A program made the position numbers and the translations under genes. This document shows, piece by piece, positions 8,691 through 16,777 of a DNA stretch of 64,000 bases. The notes below the pieces were generated by a model. The model worked only from the letters and a program-made list of their open reading frames with translations. It had not been told where the DNA came from and made no database searches. The DNA comes from Candidatus Levyibacteriota bacterium (GTDB lineage: Bacteria > Patescibacteriota > Microgenomatia > Levybacterales > UBA12049), in NCBI GenBank assembly GCA_016214555.1, contig JACROF010000012.1, forward strand, positions 203,485 to 267,484. Reading direction: 5' to 3'. Positions within the stretch are counted from its first letter, which is position 1. Every line of letters starts with the position of its first letter.

Positions 8691-9164
8691 ATGGACGACC
8701 AAAACAAAGATCCCGAAGTAGTCGATGCAGAAGTAGTTGAGGAAACTCCACAAGAGCCCCAGGTTGTAGGTGATGCAGCAATACTTCTTAATCTTGAAGA
8801 GATGATCAAGAATTATATTCAGAGCCTTGATAAGCTTCGTGAGGAAAAGAAAAAAATGCAGGAAATGTTTGAAGATTCCTTTGCCAACAATCCCACCTAT
8901 AGAGAGAATTCAGACAAAGCCAAAGAGGCGCTTAAAGTCAAGGCGACGACTCGTCAACAGATTGCGAGTCAACCATCAGTTATTGCTCTTGCACAGAAAT
9001 TAAAAGGCCTTGGTTCAGACATTAAAGAGCGACAGGTGGCACTTTCTGATTATCTCCTCGAATATCAGCGGCTGTCTGGGGCAAATGAGATTGAAGACAA
9101 TGAGGGACAGATTAGAGAGATTATTAATTCAGCAAAACTTATTAAGCGTTCCTCAAAGAAATAA
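8691..9164 (+). CDS. Hypothetical coiled-coil protein
   Basis: 157-aa ORF with acidic N-terminus, helical; TATAGT 8 nt upstream. Confidence 0.8.
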   Translation: MDDQNKDPEVVDAEVVEETPQEPQVVGDAAILLNLEEMIKNYIQSLDKLREEKKKMQEMFEDSFANNPTYRENSDKAKEALKVKATTRQQIASQPSVIALAQKLKGLGSDIKERQVALSDYLLEYQRLSGANEIEDNEGQIREIINSAKLIKRSSKK

Positions 9165-9298
9165 ATTCCTTCGTAGTATCTTTAAAATAGGTAAGGTATG
9201 CAGAAAGATGGGATGTGGTCCCAAAACGACGCCCAAGTGACAGATGTTCTTGTGTCTCTTTCAGATACCATACCCATTTGTTGTTTTATTTGAAAGGC

Positions 9299-9580
9299 TT
9301 AAAGCCCTGATTGTTCGACGATACTTCTGATCGTTGTCGGCCGAGTAATTGTACGGAGAGTGAGTGCTGCTCTTACAAGGTCAAACATTTCCTCGCCGAA
9401 TTTGGCGATAGCCTCTGGCATCGCGCCGTTCACTGAGGTATATGCTTCAAGGGGTTGCCCATCGACCATGACTTCGAAGCCGGAAGCTCTGAAATCACGA
9501 ATCGCATTTATCTGTTCATCTGTAAGTTCAATTTCTTCCCCTGAGGGAACACTTCTGACCAGCTCGATTGAAATCTTCAT
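9299..9580 (-). CDS. Hypothetical protein (orphan cassette)
   Basis: 93-aa ORF with AAAGGAGGAG SD and its own promoter. Confidence 0.75.
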   Translation of the reverse strand: MKISIELVRSVPSGEEIELTDEQINAIRDFRASGFEVMVDGQPLEAYTSVNGAMPEAIAKFGEEMFDLVRAALTLRTITRPTTIRSIVEQSGL

Positions 9581-9674
9581 AGACTCCTCCTTTAATTTAG
9601 GCCTCGAAACAATTTTCGAGAACCCCTTACTGCCTAATTAAAAATGAAACTAAGCAAAAAGGGATTCTCGAGAT

Positions 9675-9758
9675 TTTCTGCATACCTTTTTAAAGAACAA
9701 ACGTTCAAAAAGAACGTTTCATGGAGAGAAATATAGCAGATATGAGGTTATTAGTCAA
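9675..9758 (-). promoter_or_regulatory. Sigma70 promoter, hairpin, boxA-like motif and leader arm of a long-range inverted repeat
   Basis: TTGACT-17-TATATT; AAACGTTC/GAACGTTT hairpin; TGTTCTTTAAAAA (9687-9699); 9675-9688 is the exact reverse complement of 9193-9206. Confidence 0.8.
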
Positions 9759-9775
9759 AAAATTATAAGATTGAA

Positions 9776-10102
9776 TTACTCCTTAATTACGTAGCCAAAT
9801 CCCCTGATGGTGTGAAGTAATTTTTTCTGATCATTTTTGTCAATTTTTCGTCTCAAATACCCCATATACACATCAACGACTCTTGTTTGAACATCGCTTG
9901 AGTACTGCCAAATGTGTCTTAGCATCATATCCCGTGTCAAAATTCTTCCTTTGTTTGTCATCAAATATGCCAAGAGCTTGAATTCATGTGGAGTTAGTTG
10001 AATTGACTGATTATTTCGAGTAACTTCAAATGTTTGATGATTCAAAGAAAGATCGGCTACTTTGAGGATATCTGGGTTTTCTGATGTCATGGTTGGCTTC
10101 AT
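9776..10102 (-). CDS. Stand-alone OmpR/PhoB-type winged-helix DNA-binding domain (no receiver domain)
   Basis: LTPHEFKLLAYL...GRILTR..., RVVDVYMGYLRRKID and TIRGFGY motifs. Confidence 0.9.
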   Translation of the reverse strand: MKPTMTSENPDILKVADLSLNHQTFEVTRNNQSIQLTPHEFKLLAYLMTNKGRILTRDMMLRHIWQYSSDVQTRVVDVYMGYLRRKIDKNDQKKLLHTIRGFGYVIKE

Positions 10103-10211
10103 TATACGGTACGATAATAGGCAATAATGCGACCTTGGTAAGAAATCAAGGAGGAATGCCTGAATGGAGTTAGTATAGCAAAAGCAAACCTAAAATCAAT
10201 GGACAAGAGGA

Positions 10212-10769
10212 CTATTTTTGGTCACCATTATTAGCCTGACGATTTTTTTCAGCGGTCATAATTCTTTGTTGCATTTGCGTAACTGCAGTAATGAGATCAT
10301 TAAGACCTGCTTGAATTTTGTCGACATCTCGCCCAATCTCATCAACATCCTGACTAATTTCCTCAACGTCTTGTTCCAGCTCTTCCTGCTCCTTGTCTTC
10401 AATTTTTTGCTCTTGCTCGTCTTCTAATTCTCGATAGGTATCAACAAGCGCCTGTCTATTTTGTGCGATAAGAATAAAGGTAGAGAGAAAAATTGCCTCA
10501 AGCGATACAATCATTGTTAGGAGGCCATAAGGGAAAGGGTCAAAGGTTGGGATGAAGGGTTTGAGAAAGCCGTGGTTAGCACTAATCCAAAAACCAAACC
10601 ATAGTATATGAAAATAAACAAAAGACATACTACCTGCCCATCTGTTGATGATTTCAGCAAATTTTCCTTGTGCTGAATTGAGTTGTTGGACAAGTTGGTC
10701 AGGTTTTGTTCCCTTATGAAATAAAGAAATGTTAGCGCTGGTTGGTTTTTTTCGATTCATATAATTCAT
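10212..10769 (-). CDS. DUF1003-family membrane protein with coiled-coil tail
   Basis: GSM.F...H..WF..W, FDPFPYGLLT..VSLEAIFLS.FIL..QNR. Confidence 0.85.
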   Translation of the reverse strand: MNYMNRKKPTSANISLFHKGTKPDQLVQQLNSAQGKFAEIINRWAGSMSFVYFHILWFGFWISANHGFLKPFIPTFDPFPYGLLTMIVSLEAIFLSTFILIAQNRQALVDTYRELEDEQEQKIEDKEQEELEQDVEEISQDVDEIGRDVDKIQAGLNDLITAVTQMQQRIMTAEKNRQANNGDQK

Positions 10770-10833
10770 TGTAGGTTCTGAGGCTAATTTGTCAACCCCT
10801 CAAAGCTATTTCATAAGAAAAAATATTTTGGTA

Positions 10834-10867
10834 TTGACATCTAGCACTAATTCTGTTAGAGTGCTAA
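10834..10867 (+). promoter_or_regulatory. Sigma70 promoter overlapped by a CIRCE (HrcA operator)
   Basis: TTGACA-17-TAGAGT; CTAGCACTA-N9-GAGTGCTAA at 10841-10867, versus consensus TTAGCACTC-N9-GAGTGCTAA. Confidence 0.9.
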
Positions 10868-10879
10868 TACTTCAAAAAT

Positions 10880-13258
10880 ATGCAAAGGACAGTACCAGTA
10901 ATTCCAATCCGCGACGGTATTATTTTTCCTAATACAGACTCAGTTCTCACATTTGGCAGGCCTAAAAGTCTTGCAGCATTAGAATCGTCCTATGAGCACG
11001 AAAGGGTAGTTTGTTTTGTTCTTCAAAAAAGTTCTCGTGTTAACGATCCTGAGCCATCTGACCTTTTTGAGATAGGCACCCTTTCTCGAATCGAAAGAAT
11101 GATAAGAGCGGATGGTGAAATCAATGCTCAAGTAAGAGGTCTCCATCGTGTAAAAATTTTGTCTTATGAAAAGCAAGACACTTTTTTTGTTGCTCAAGTT
11201 GAGGAAATCGAAGAGATTGAGGACACATCACCTGAAGTAGTAGCGCTTTGCAATCACCTCACCAATGAGTTTAGACGTGCAATGAATTTTGGCAAATCTG
11301 CAGATTTTTTGGTCTTTATGAATATTATGTCTGAAAATTCCCCTTCAGAGCTTTCAGATCTTGTCGCATCAGCTCTGGATCTCAAGCCAGTTGAGCGTCA
11401 AGAGCTTTTAGAAATGACAAATGTTACAGAGAGGCTTAAGAAATTGGTTGAGTTACTAGCAAAAGAGATACGAGTTCTTGAGCTTGAAAAAAGGATAGCT
11501 TCAAAGACCCAAGAACGATTTGAAAAAGGAGCTAGGGAGGCAATTTTGCGAGAACGTCTCAAGACCATTGAGAAAGAACTGGGAGAAGAAGAGGGTGGAA
11601 GTGAAATAAAAGAGCTGATGCAAAAGATCAAAGAGGCAAAAATGCCTGAGGATGTTGAGGAAAAGGCGAAAAAAGAGGTCAAGAAGCTTGGGCAAATGAA
11701 TCAGTTTAATCCTGAGGCAGGCTATATTAGAAATTATATTGATTGGTTGATTAGCCTCCCTTGGAGTGTTGAAACAAAAACCGAAATTGATATTTCAAAG
11801 GCAGAAGAAATTCTTAATGAAGACCACTACGGTCTTCCTAAAGTGAAAGAGAGAATTCTTGAGTATCTTGCAGTGCAGAAGCTGGCTGGAAAAATGAAAA
11901 GCCCTATTCTTTGTTTTGCAGGACCTCCTGGAGTTGGTAAAACATCTCTTGGTAAATCAATCGCTCGCTCGCTTGGGAGGAAATTTATCCGCGTTTCTTT
12001 AGGGGGAATTAGAGATGAAGCTGAGATCAGAGGACATCGTAGGACGTATGTTGGCGCACTTCCTGGAAGGATTATTCAAGGCATTAAAGATTCTGGTACC
12101 AAAAATCCTGTTTTTATGCTTGATGAGATTGATAAAGTCGGTGCTGATTTTAGAGGAGATCCATCCAGCGCACTTCTTGAGGCACTCGATCCTGAGCAGA
12201 ATACTGACTTTTCAGATCATTATTTAGAGGTTCCCTTTGATCTTTCCAATGTGATGTTTATTACGACAGCAAATCTTTTGGACACTATTCCACCAGCTCT
12301 CAGAGACAGGCTTGAAATTATTCAGTTTGCGGGTTATACCCATGATGAAAAATTTCATATTGTCAAACAATTTCTTCTCAAAAAACAGTTGGAGATGCAC
12401 GGGCTTAAAGACAAAAAGGTTGTTTTAACTGATGATGCAATTAATTTCATTATCAATCATTACACAAGAGAGGCGGGAGTCCGAAATCTTGAACGAAGGA
12501 TTGCCACTGTTTTTAGGAAAGTTGCTCGTAAGGTAGCGGAGGGGAAAAGGGCAAAAATTGTAATTGCAGCAAAAGATATCCAAAAATACTTAGGTCCAAT
12601 CAAGCATAGCGCTTCAGAGATAGAGAAAAAAGATCAGATTGGTCAATCAACAGGTCTTGCGTGGACTGAGGCAGGTGGAGAAATTCTTTTTATCGAGGTT
12701 GCGCTCATGCCAGGAAAGGGAAGTCTTACTTTGACAGGACAACTTGGAGATGTCATGAAAGAGTCTTGCCAGGCTGCTGTTTCCTACATCAGATCTCAAG
12801 CTGATCATTATGGAATTCCTGATAAAGTATTCCAAAAAACAGATATCCACGTCCATGTGCCTGAGGGCGCTGTGCCAAAAGATGGTCCATCAGCAGGTCT
12901 TGCTATCACAACAGCTCTTGTCTCAGCATTCACAAAAATTCCTGTCAAAAGAACGCTAGGTATGACTGGGGAAGTAACTCTTCGTGGGCGTGCACTTGAG
13001 ATAGGCGGAGTCAAAGAAAAAGTAATCGCAGCTCATAGAGCTGGGCTTAAGACCATTTTATTACCTAAAGAAAATAAAAAAGATATGGAAGAAGTACCAG
13101 AAGAAGTACTCAAAGACGTTGAATTTAATTTTGTTTCAAATGTTGATGAGGTATTAGATCTAGCTCTTACGAAAAAACTTCAATCTATACGAACGAAAAA
13201 ACAAGATATTGGCATCAGATCAGGAAAGATAGCTCTCCATCCTACAAAAGCAGATTGA
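10880..13258 (+). CDS. lon: Lon (La) ATP-dependent protease
   Basis: LON N-domain, GPPGVGKTS, DEAEIRGHRRTYVGA, PKDGPSAG (catalytic Ser) and IGGVKEK motifs. Confidence 0.98.
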   Translation: MQRTVPVIPIRDGIIFPNTDSVLTFGRPKSLAALESSYEHERVVCFVLQKSSRVNDPEPSDLFEIGTLSRIERMIRADGEINAQVRGLHRVKILSYEKQDTFFVAQVEEIEEIEDTSPEVVALCNHLTNEFRRAMNFGKSADFLVFMNIMSENSPSELSDLVASALDLKPVERQELLEMTNVTERLKKLVELLAKEIRVLELEKRIASKTQERFEKGAREAILRERLKTIEKELGEEEGGSEIKELMQKIKEAKMPEDVEEKAKKEVKKLGQMNQFNPEAGYIRNYIDWLISLPWSVETKTEIDISKAEEILNEDHYGLPKVKERILEYLAVQKLAGKMKSPILCFAGPPGVGKTSLGKSIARSLGRKFIRVSLGGIRDEAEIRGHRRTYVGALPGRIIQGIKDSGTKNPVFMLDEIDKVGADFRGDPSSALLEALDPEQNTDFSDHYLEVPFDLSNVMFITTANLLDTIPPALRDRLEIIQFAGYTHDEKFHIVKQFLLKKQLEMHGLKDKKVVLTDDAINFIINHYTREAGVRNLERRIATVFRKVARKVAEGKRAKIVIAAKDIQKYLGPIKHSASEIEKKDQIGQSTGLAWTEAGGEILFIEVALMPGKGSLTLTGQLGDVMKESCQAAVSYIRSQADHYGIPDKVFQKTDIHVHVPEGAVPKDGPSAGLAITTALVSAFTKIPVKRTLGMTGEVTLRGRALEIGGVKEKVIAAHRAGLKTILLPKENKKDMEEVPEEVLKDVEFNFVSNVDEVLDLALTKKLQSIRTKKQDIGIRSGKIALHPTKAD

Positions 13259-13273
13259 GTAATTTTTAGGCAT

Positions 13274-13332
13274 AAAAAAGATGTGCTTTTGATCTTCCGA
13301 TCGGGCGATTTTTATTCAAAATCGTGCACATC
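13274..13332 (-). terminator. Branched terminator-like structure
   Basis: GATGTGC/GCACATC closing stem around two small hairpins, followed by a U-tract on the minus strand. Confidence 0.55.
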
Positions 13333-13343
13333 ATACCCTTTAG

Positions 13344-13649
13344 TTATTTTTTTCTCATCCCAAACGTGTTTGCTAGGTTTTCAGCAAGCGTTGCCCAGAA
13401 GTAGAAATACTTCATGGCTCGGTGGAGTTCACTATATGCTCCGGTAAGTTCATCACTTGCCCACATTTGTGGAGCACATGCGCGACAAGGCGAGTTTGCA
13501 GCCTGCTTTTTTGCTCGGTTGATGTCGTAGTCACTCATGCCTGCAGGCGGATAAACTGTATAAGCATGAGGGTATGGACATTTGAATCCGAGTTCGATAG
13601 GCTTTCCTACTAGCCTCATTATGCTTAGGATTTTCCACAATGTCTCCAT
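13344..13649 (-). CDS. Hypothetical protein with possible metal ligands (CxxxH...CxxC); orphan cassette
   Basis: AAGGAGGT SD; TTGATT-17-TAAAAT promoter; CGCACTTTTAGT boxA-like motif. Confidence 0.7.
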   Translation of the reverse strand: METLWKILSIMRLVGKPIELGFKCPYPHAYTVYPPAGMSDYDINRAKKQAANSPCRACAPQMWASDELTGAYSELHRAMKYFYFWATLAENLANTFGMRKK

Positions 13650-13798
13650 GAGTTACCTCCTTGAGAGCTTACTAAAAGTGCGAAGACGTCCTGAGACGTC
13701 AAGAGTGATATTTTACCTCAAAATTATCTTAAAATCAAGCTATAGGACTAGTTATTTATGGATTTCTTCACATTTTAACGATGTGATATAGTACATTC

Positions 13799-14137
13799 AT
13801 GGAAGATGAGATTAATGAGAAGAGTCCAAAATCTTCTCCACCTCCTGCGCAAGCAGATATGACGCTTCAGAAAGCTGTCGATTTTGGGGAATATCATCCT
13901 GATTTCTTGGCACAATTCCCACAGTGGCATACGCTTAGCCGTCATATCCAATTTGAGTACATCAGAAAGGCCATAGAAAATCGTAATAGGCAGCTTCTTA
14001 GGCAGTGGGCAGAGATCACCAATATCCTAGATTTCCGTCTCAAGCCACACCTTAATGATGCTTTGAGAAATATAGAAGAGCAGCTCGAAGTCCTCAAGCA
14101 AGATAAAGAAGATTTGTACGTCGAATACTCCTCCTGA
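13799..14137 (+). CDS. Hypothetical protein
   Basis: 112-aa ORF; TATAGT, 6 nt, ATG. Confidence 0.8.
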   Translation: MEDEINEKSPKSSPPPAQADMTLQKAVDFGEYHPDFLAQFPQWHTLSRHIQFEYIRKAIENRNRQLLRQWAEITNILDFRLKPHLNDALRNIEEQLEVLKQDKEDLYVEYSS

Positions 14138-14234
14138 TGCATCAGCATCTTGAAATTATTTCATGGATCTCAAATTGGTAACTCTAGAATTGATAGTGGT
14201 CAGAATCGCGGTGGAAAAAATTGAGTTTTGAATG

Positions 14235-14261
14235 TCCGGCTCCCTGTAAGGGGGAGCCGGA
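14235..14261. terminator. GC-rich hairpin between convergent genes
   Basis: TCCGGCTCCC/GGGAGCCGGA 10-bp stem. Confidence 0.7.
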
Positions 14262-14269
14262 TCTTTGCC

Positions 14270-14947
14270 TCAGGTCGTGCGATGGCTGTACCGGATGGTA
14301 CAACCAATGCAGCTGAGTGCAGTTGCAATCATGGCCACGAAGGCCAAAGCATTGTCGTGTTGAATGGTTCCGGACCCTGTGTTGGGCAAGATCATGACGT
14401 CCGTGGTCGACTCGCTTCCGTTGCCGGTGATGATGACTTCGGAGTCGCCAGTGTCTTCATCGCTGAAGACCTGGCAGATTTCGGTATCCAGACCCGAAGA
14501 ATCGGGCTTAATCAGAATTTCGCCCTCGGCGCAGTTCCCATACTCGTCCGGCAAGCGGTAGTACTCCTGCCACAGAGAGCATTCGTAGCCGTCCAACCAG
14601 CTAGGGCAATACCCACGTGGGCCTTCGCGCCAGGGCTGGTGACCACCCGTTGAGGGCTCATCATCGTAGACGCAAGCTTCGTACGTATAGTCGAAGCTGG
14701 TATTTGGCGGGCACTCGAAGAGGTAGCCATATTCAACCACCCCCTCAACTCCTGCTACAAAACAACCCGTATACCCATCGACGAACTCATCTGCGGGAAC
14801 CTCCCACAGGATGCCGTCAACAATATCGCAGGCCGATACCAATGGTGGGTAAAAAAGTCCTTCTTGGGCTTGCACCCACGAAATACCGGCCAGGCCGGTT
14901 GTCACGAGAAGTGCGACCAAAAAAACCACCAAGCGTAGACAACGCAT
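14270..14947 (-). CDS. Secreted Cys-rich acidic protein with an LPXTG-type sorting signal
   Basis: Signal peptide; C-terminal LPNTG, hydrophobic stretch and basic tail; GGGAGGT SD; visibly GC-rich. Confidence 0.75.
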   Translation of the reverse strand: MRCLRLVVFLVALLVTTGLAGISWVQAQEGLFYPPLVSACDIVDGILWEVPADEFVDGYTGCFVAGVEGVVEYGYLFECPPNTSFDYTYEACVYDDEPSTGGHQPWREGPRGYCPSWLDGYECSLWQEYYRLPDEYGNCAEGEILIKPDSSGLDTEICQVFSDEDTGDSEVIITGNGSESTTDVMILPNTGSGTIQHDNALAFVAMIATALSCIGCTIRYSHRTT

Positions 14948-15183
14948 GATATAACCTCCCGAACCGAGGATCAAAAACGGAACACCCGTCCATTCACCAC
15001 GGTTCTCTGAAGCTAAAACTACTTATCTTCAAAAAACCGTGGAGAAAGCCATCTTTTAAAAGATCACGTATATATTTGCAGAAAATGGCCACAAAATCAA
15101 CGCTATAGGCCAATATTTGGAAGAGTTCTGGAATAACTAAAAATTGTATTTTAGCTTCCTTTACGTTAAAATATGAGTCTTAA

Positions 15184-15249
15184 GGCCCCATCGTTCCCGA
15201 TGATCGATGTCATCGGGATCCCGACGGAGTATCGTCGGGGCTAGTGGTT
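15184..15249 (+). repeat. Duplicated 5' 20 nt of tRNA-Glu interrupted by a 46-nt double-hairpin insert
   Basis: GGCCCCATCGT + insert (TCCCGATGA/TCATCGGGA and CCCGACG/CGTCGGG) + CTAGTGGTT matches tRNA 15500-15519. Confidence 0.9.
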
Positions 15250-15256
15250 TAGTAAA

Positions 15257-15514
15257 ATGAGTTTTATGACTTACATTTTACAAAGTGATAAGGATGGAAG
15301 TTATTATATTGGCAGTACCGATAATCTTCAGAAAAGATTAACGGCACATAATAAAGGGTATTCAAAGTACACAAAAAATAAAATTCCTTGGAATATTGTA
15401 TATAAAGAGGAATATGAGACGCTCTCTGGAGCAAGAAAAAGAGAATATTATCTAAAGTCTCTTAAGAGTAAAATTGCAATTTTAAAATTGATCAAACAAG
15501 GCCCCATCGTCTAG
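15257..15514 (+). CDS. Small GIY-YIG nuclease; last codons and stop lie inside tRNA-Glu
   Basis: TYIL...YYIGST.NL.KRL..HN.G...YTK...PW..VY.E......A.KRE..LK. Confidence 0.93.
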   Translation: MSFMTYILQSDKDGSYYIGSTDNLQKRLTAHNKGYSKYTKNKIPWNIVYKEEYETLSGARKREYYLKSLKSKIAILKLIKQGPIV

Positions 15515-15571
15515 TGGTTAGGACACTGGATTCTCATTCCAGTAACCGGGATTCGACTTCCCGTGGGGTCA
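15500..15571 (+). tRNA. tRNA-Glu(CTC)
   Basis: Acceptor GGCCCCA/TGGGGTC, anticodon arm CTGGA-TTCTCAT-TCCAG, T arm CGGGA-TTCGACT-TCCCG. Confidence 0.96.
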
Positions 15572-15973
15572 CTGAGTAACAATTATTTTTTGAACTCTCT
15601 TCTTGATCATATCGCGTATAACGCGAAAATTTTCGATACTACCATCGAAGGGATCTTTTACATTCCAGTAAGTAACTTTTGTGCTTCGCATTACAAATTC
15701 TGGGATCTTTTCTTCAGGACACAGAACATAAATTTGATCTGCATCATCAACCATTTCTTTGGTAACTGTCTTTACTTTCTTATGTGAAACATCAATTCCT
15801 TCCTCCTTCATAACAGTAATGACTGCAGGAATAGGATGACCATATTTAGCTGGGGTGAAATCTAAAACTCCAGCACTTGTCGCATTTGATGCATGTGTAA
15901 AAAAATTATAGTATGCTTCTGCCATCTGACTTCTAGCTACATTTCCAGCACAAATAAATAATAACTTCTTCAT
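15569..15973 (-). CDS. Low-molecular-weight phosphatase / arsenate reductase ArsC family protein
   Basis: LFICAGNVARSQMAE P-loop, SAG and W...DP motifs; ATG 15973. Confidence 0.88.
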   Translation of the reverse strand: MKKLLFICAGNVARSQMAEAYYNFFTHASNATSAGVLDFTPAKYGHPIPAVITVMKEEGIDVSHKKVKTVTKEMVDDADQIYVLCPEEKIPEFVMRSTKVTYWNVKDPFDGSIENFRVIRDMIKKRVQKIIVTQ

Positions 15974-16069
15974 AAGCCGATTATACACAATTTCGCATAT
16001 CAACCTGGATCACTCTTGGACAGATTCATTGGCCGAAAGCATTGCTGTAGCATACTTGGCATTTTCGCC

Positions 16070-16213
16070 TTGACATCAATTAAAAATATCCTATAATAGA
16101 GTACTTGTCTAGTAATGTTGCACATTTTGGGAAAAAGGGTAGGTAGCAGAGTGAGCTTATCTGCTTAGTCTGTTGCCTACTCAGGGGAGTTGGCGAAGGA
16201 AAAGGAGAGTTAA
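16070..16213 (+). promoter_or_regulatory. Sigma70 promoter, boxA-like motif, long hairpin and SD leader
   Basis: TTGACA-16-TATAAT; TGCACATTTTGG; GGGTAGGTAGCAGA/TCTGTTGCCTACTC hairpin; AAGGAG. Confidence 0.65.
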
Positions 16214-16639
16214 ATGAGACGAGCTCTTTTCTTAGTTCCAACCTCGAAGAATGCTTGGAGCAGTGCTAGCGAGTGTGCTTCTGCAATCCTTGGCGAGTTG
16301 GGTAAAAACGATTCAATTCGTGTTATTACATCATCTGGCAATAAGGAAAAGGCGACAGCAGATAGGCTTATTGCCTTTCTCTGTGCGCTTTCGCCTAGAC
16401 ATGCAGGATTGCACGCTCAGTGTTTTAACATACTTGGTTCAGATAGGTGCGGAAGCTCTACCCCTGAGACTATCATGGGTCAGGTTGATGCATTTGGTGA
16501 GCAAATAGTTGTCATTGTGGCAACGGAGGAAACAATCGCCAAGCTGTATCAATATCTATGTGCAGGGTGTGGATTCGCACCAGAATCCATCGAGAACAAA
16601 AAGATTATCACTTTCAGTACAAGTGTACTGATTTCCTAA
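16214..16639 (+). CDS. Hypothetical protein, possibly a degenerate histidine-phosphatase (SixA-like) fold; orphan cassette
   Basis: Pattern LFLV.., VITSS..A..TA, IVVIVA..TI..L without RHG. Confidence 0.65.
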   Translation: MRRALFLVPTSKNAWSSASECASAILGELGKNDSIRVITSSGNKEKATADRLIAFLCALSPRHAGLHAQCFNILGSDRCGSSTPETIMGQVDAFGEQIVVIVATEETIAKLYQYLCAGCGFAPESIENKKIITFSTSVLIS

Positions 16640-16647
16640 GATACCCC

Positions 16648-16698
16648 ACCCTCGGGAGCTAAACAACAATTGTTGTAGGCTGTCGAGGGTATTTTTTT
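16648..16698 (+). terminator. Intrinsic terminator
   Basis: ACCCTCGG...TCGAGGGT long stem followed by a T7 tract. Confidence 0.7.
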
Positions 16699-16777
16699 AG
16701 TCAGACTGTTTATTCTTCCATGTAGTAATGTATGTATTAAGACGTACACAAAAATTTATAGTATTGATTGTGATGGA

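Noticed and set aside
3798-9700. Cassette inverted repeats read as IS/MITE terminal inverted repeats
   Set aside because: The arm sequence differs at each locus, the promoter lies outside the arms, I saw no target-site duplications, and no transposase is present.
6800-13014. Numerous short ORFs overlapping typA and lon
   Set aside because: Antisense or alternate-frame shadows of well-conserved genes.
14228-14949. Plus-strand ORFs of 141, 65 and 110 aa
   Set aside because: By-products of local high GC; the minus-strand ORF has the SD, signal peptide and sorting signal.
15184-15571. Intron-containing or split tRNA-Glu
   Set aside because: The downstream tRNA is complete by itself, and the upstream piece stops at nt 20 with no self-splicing intron features seen.
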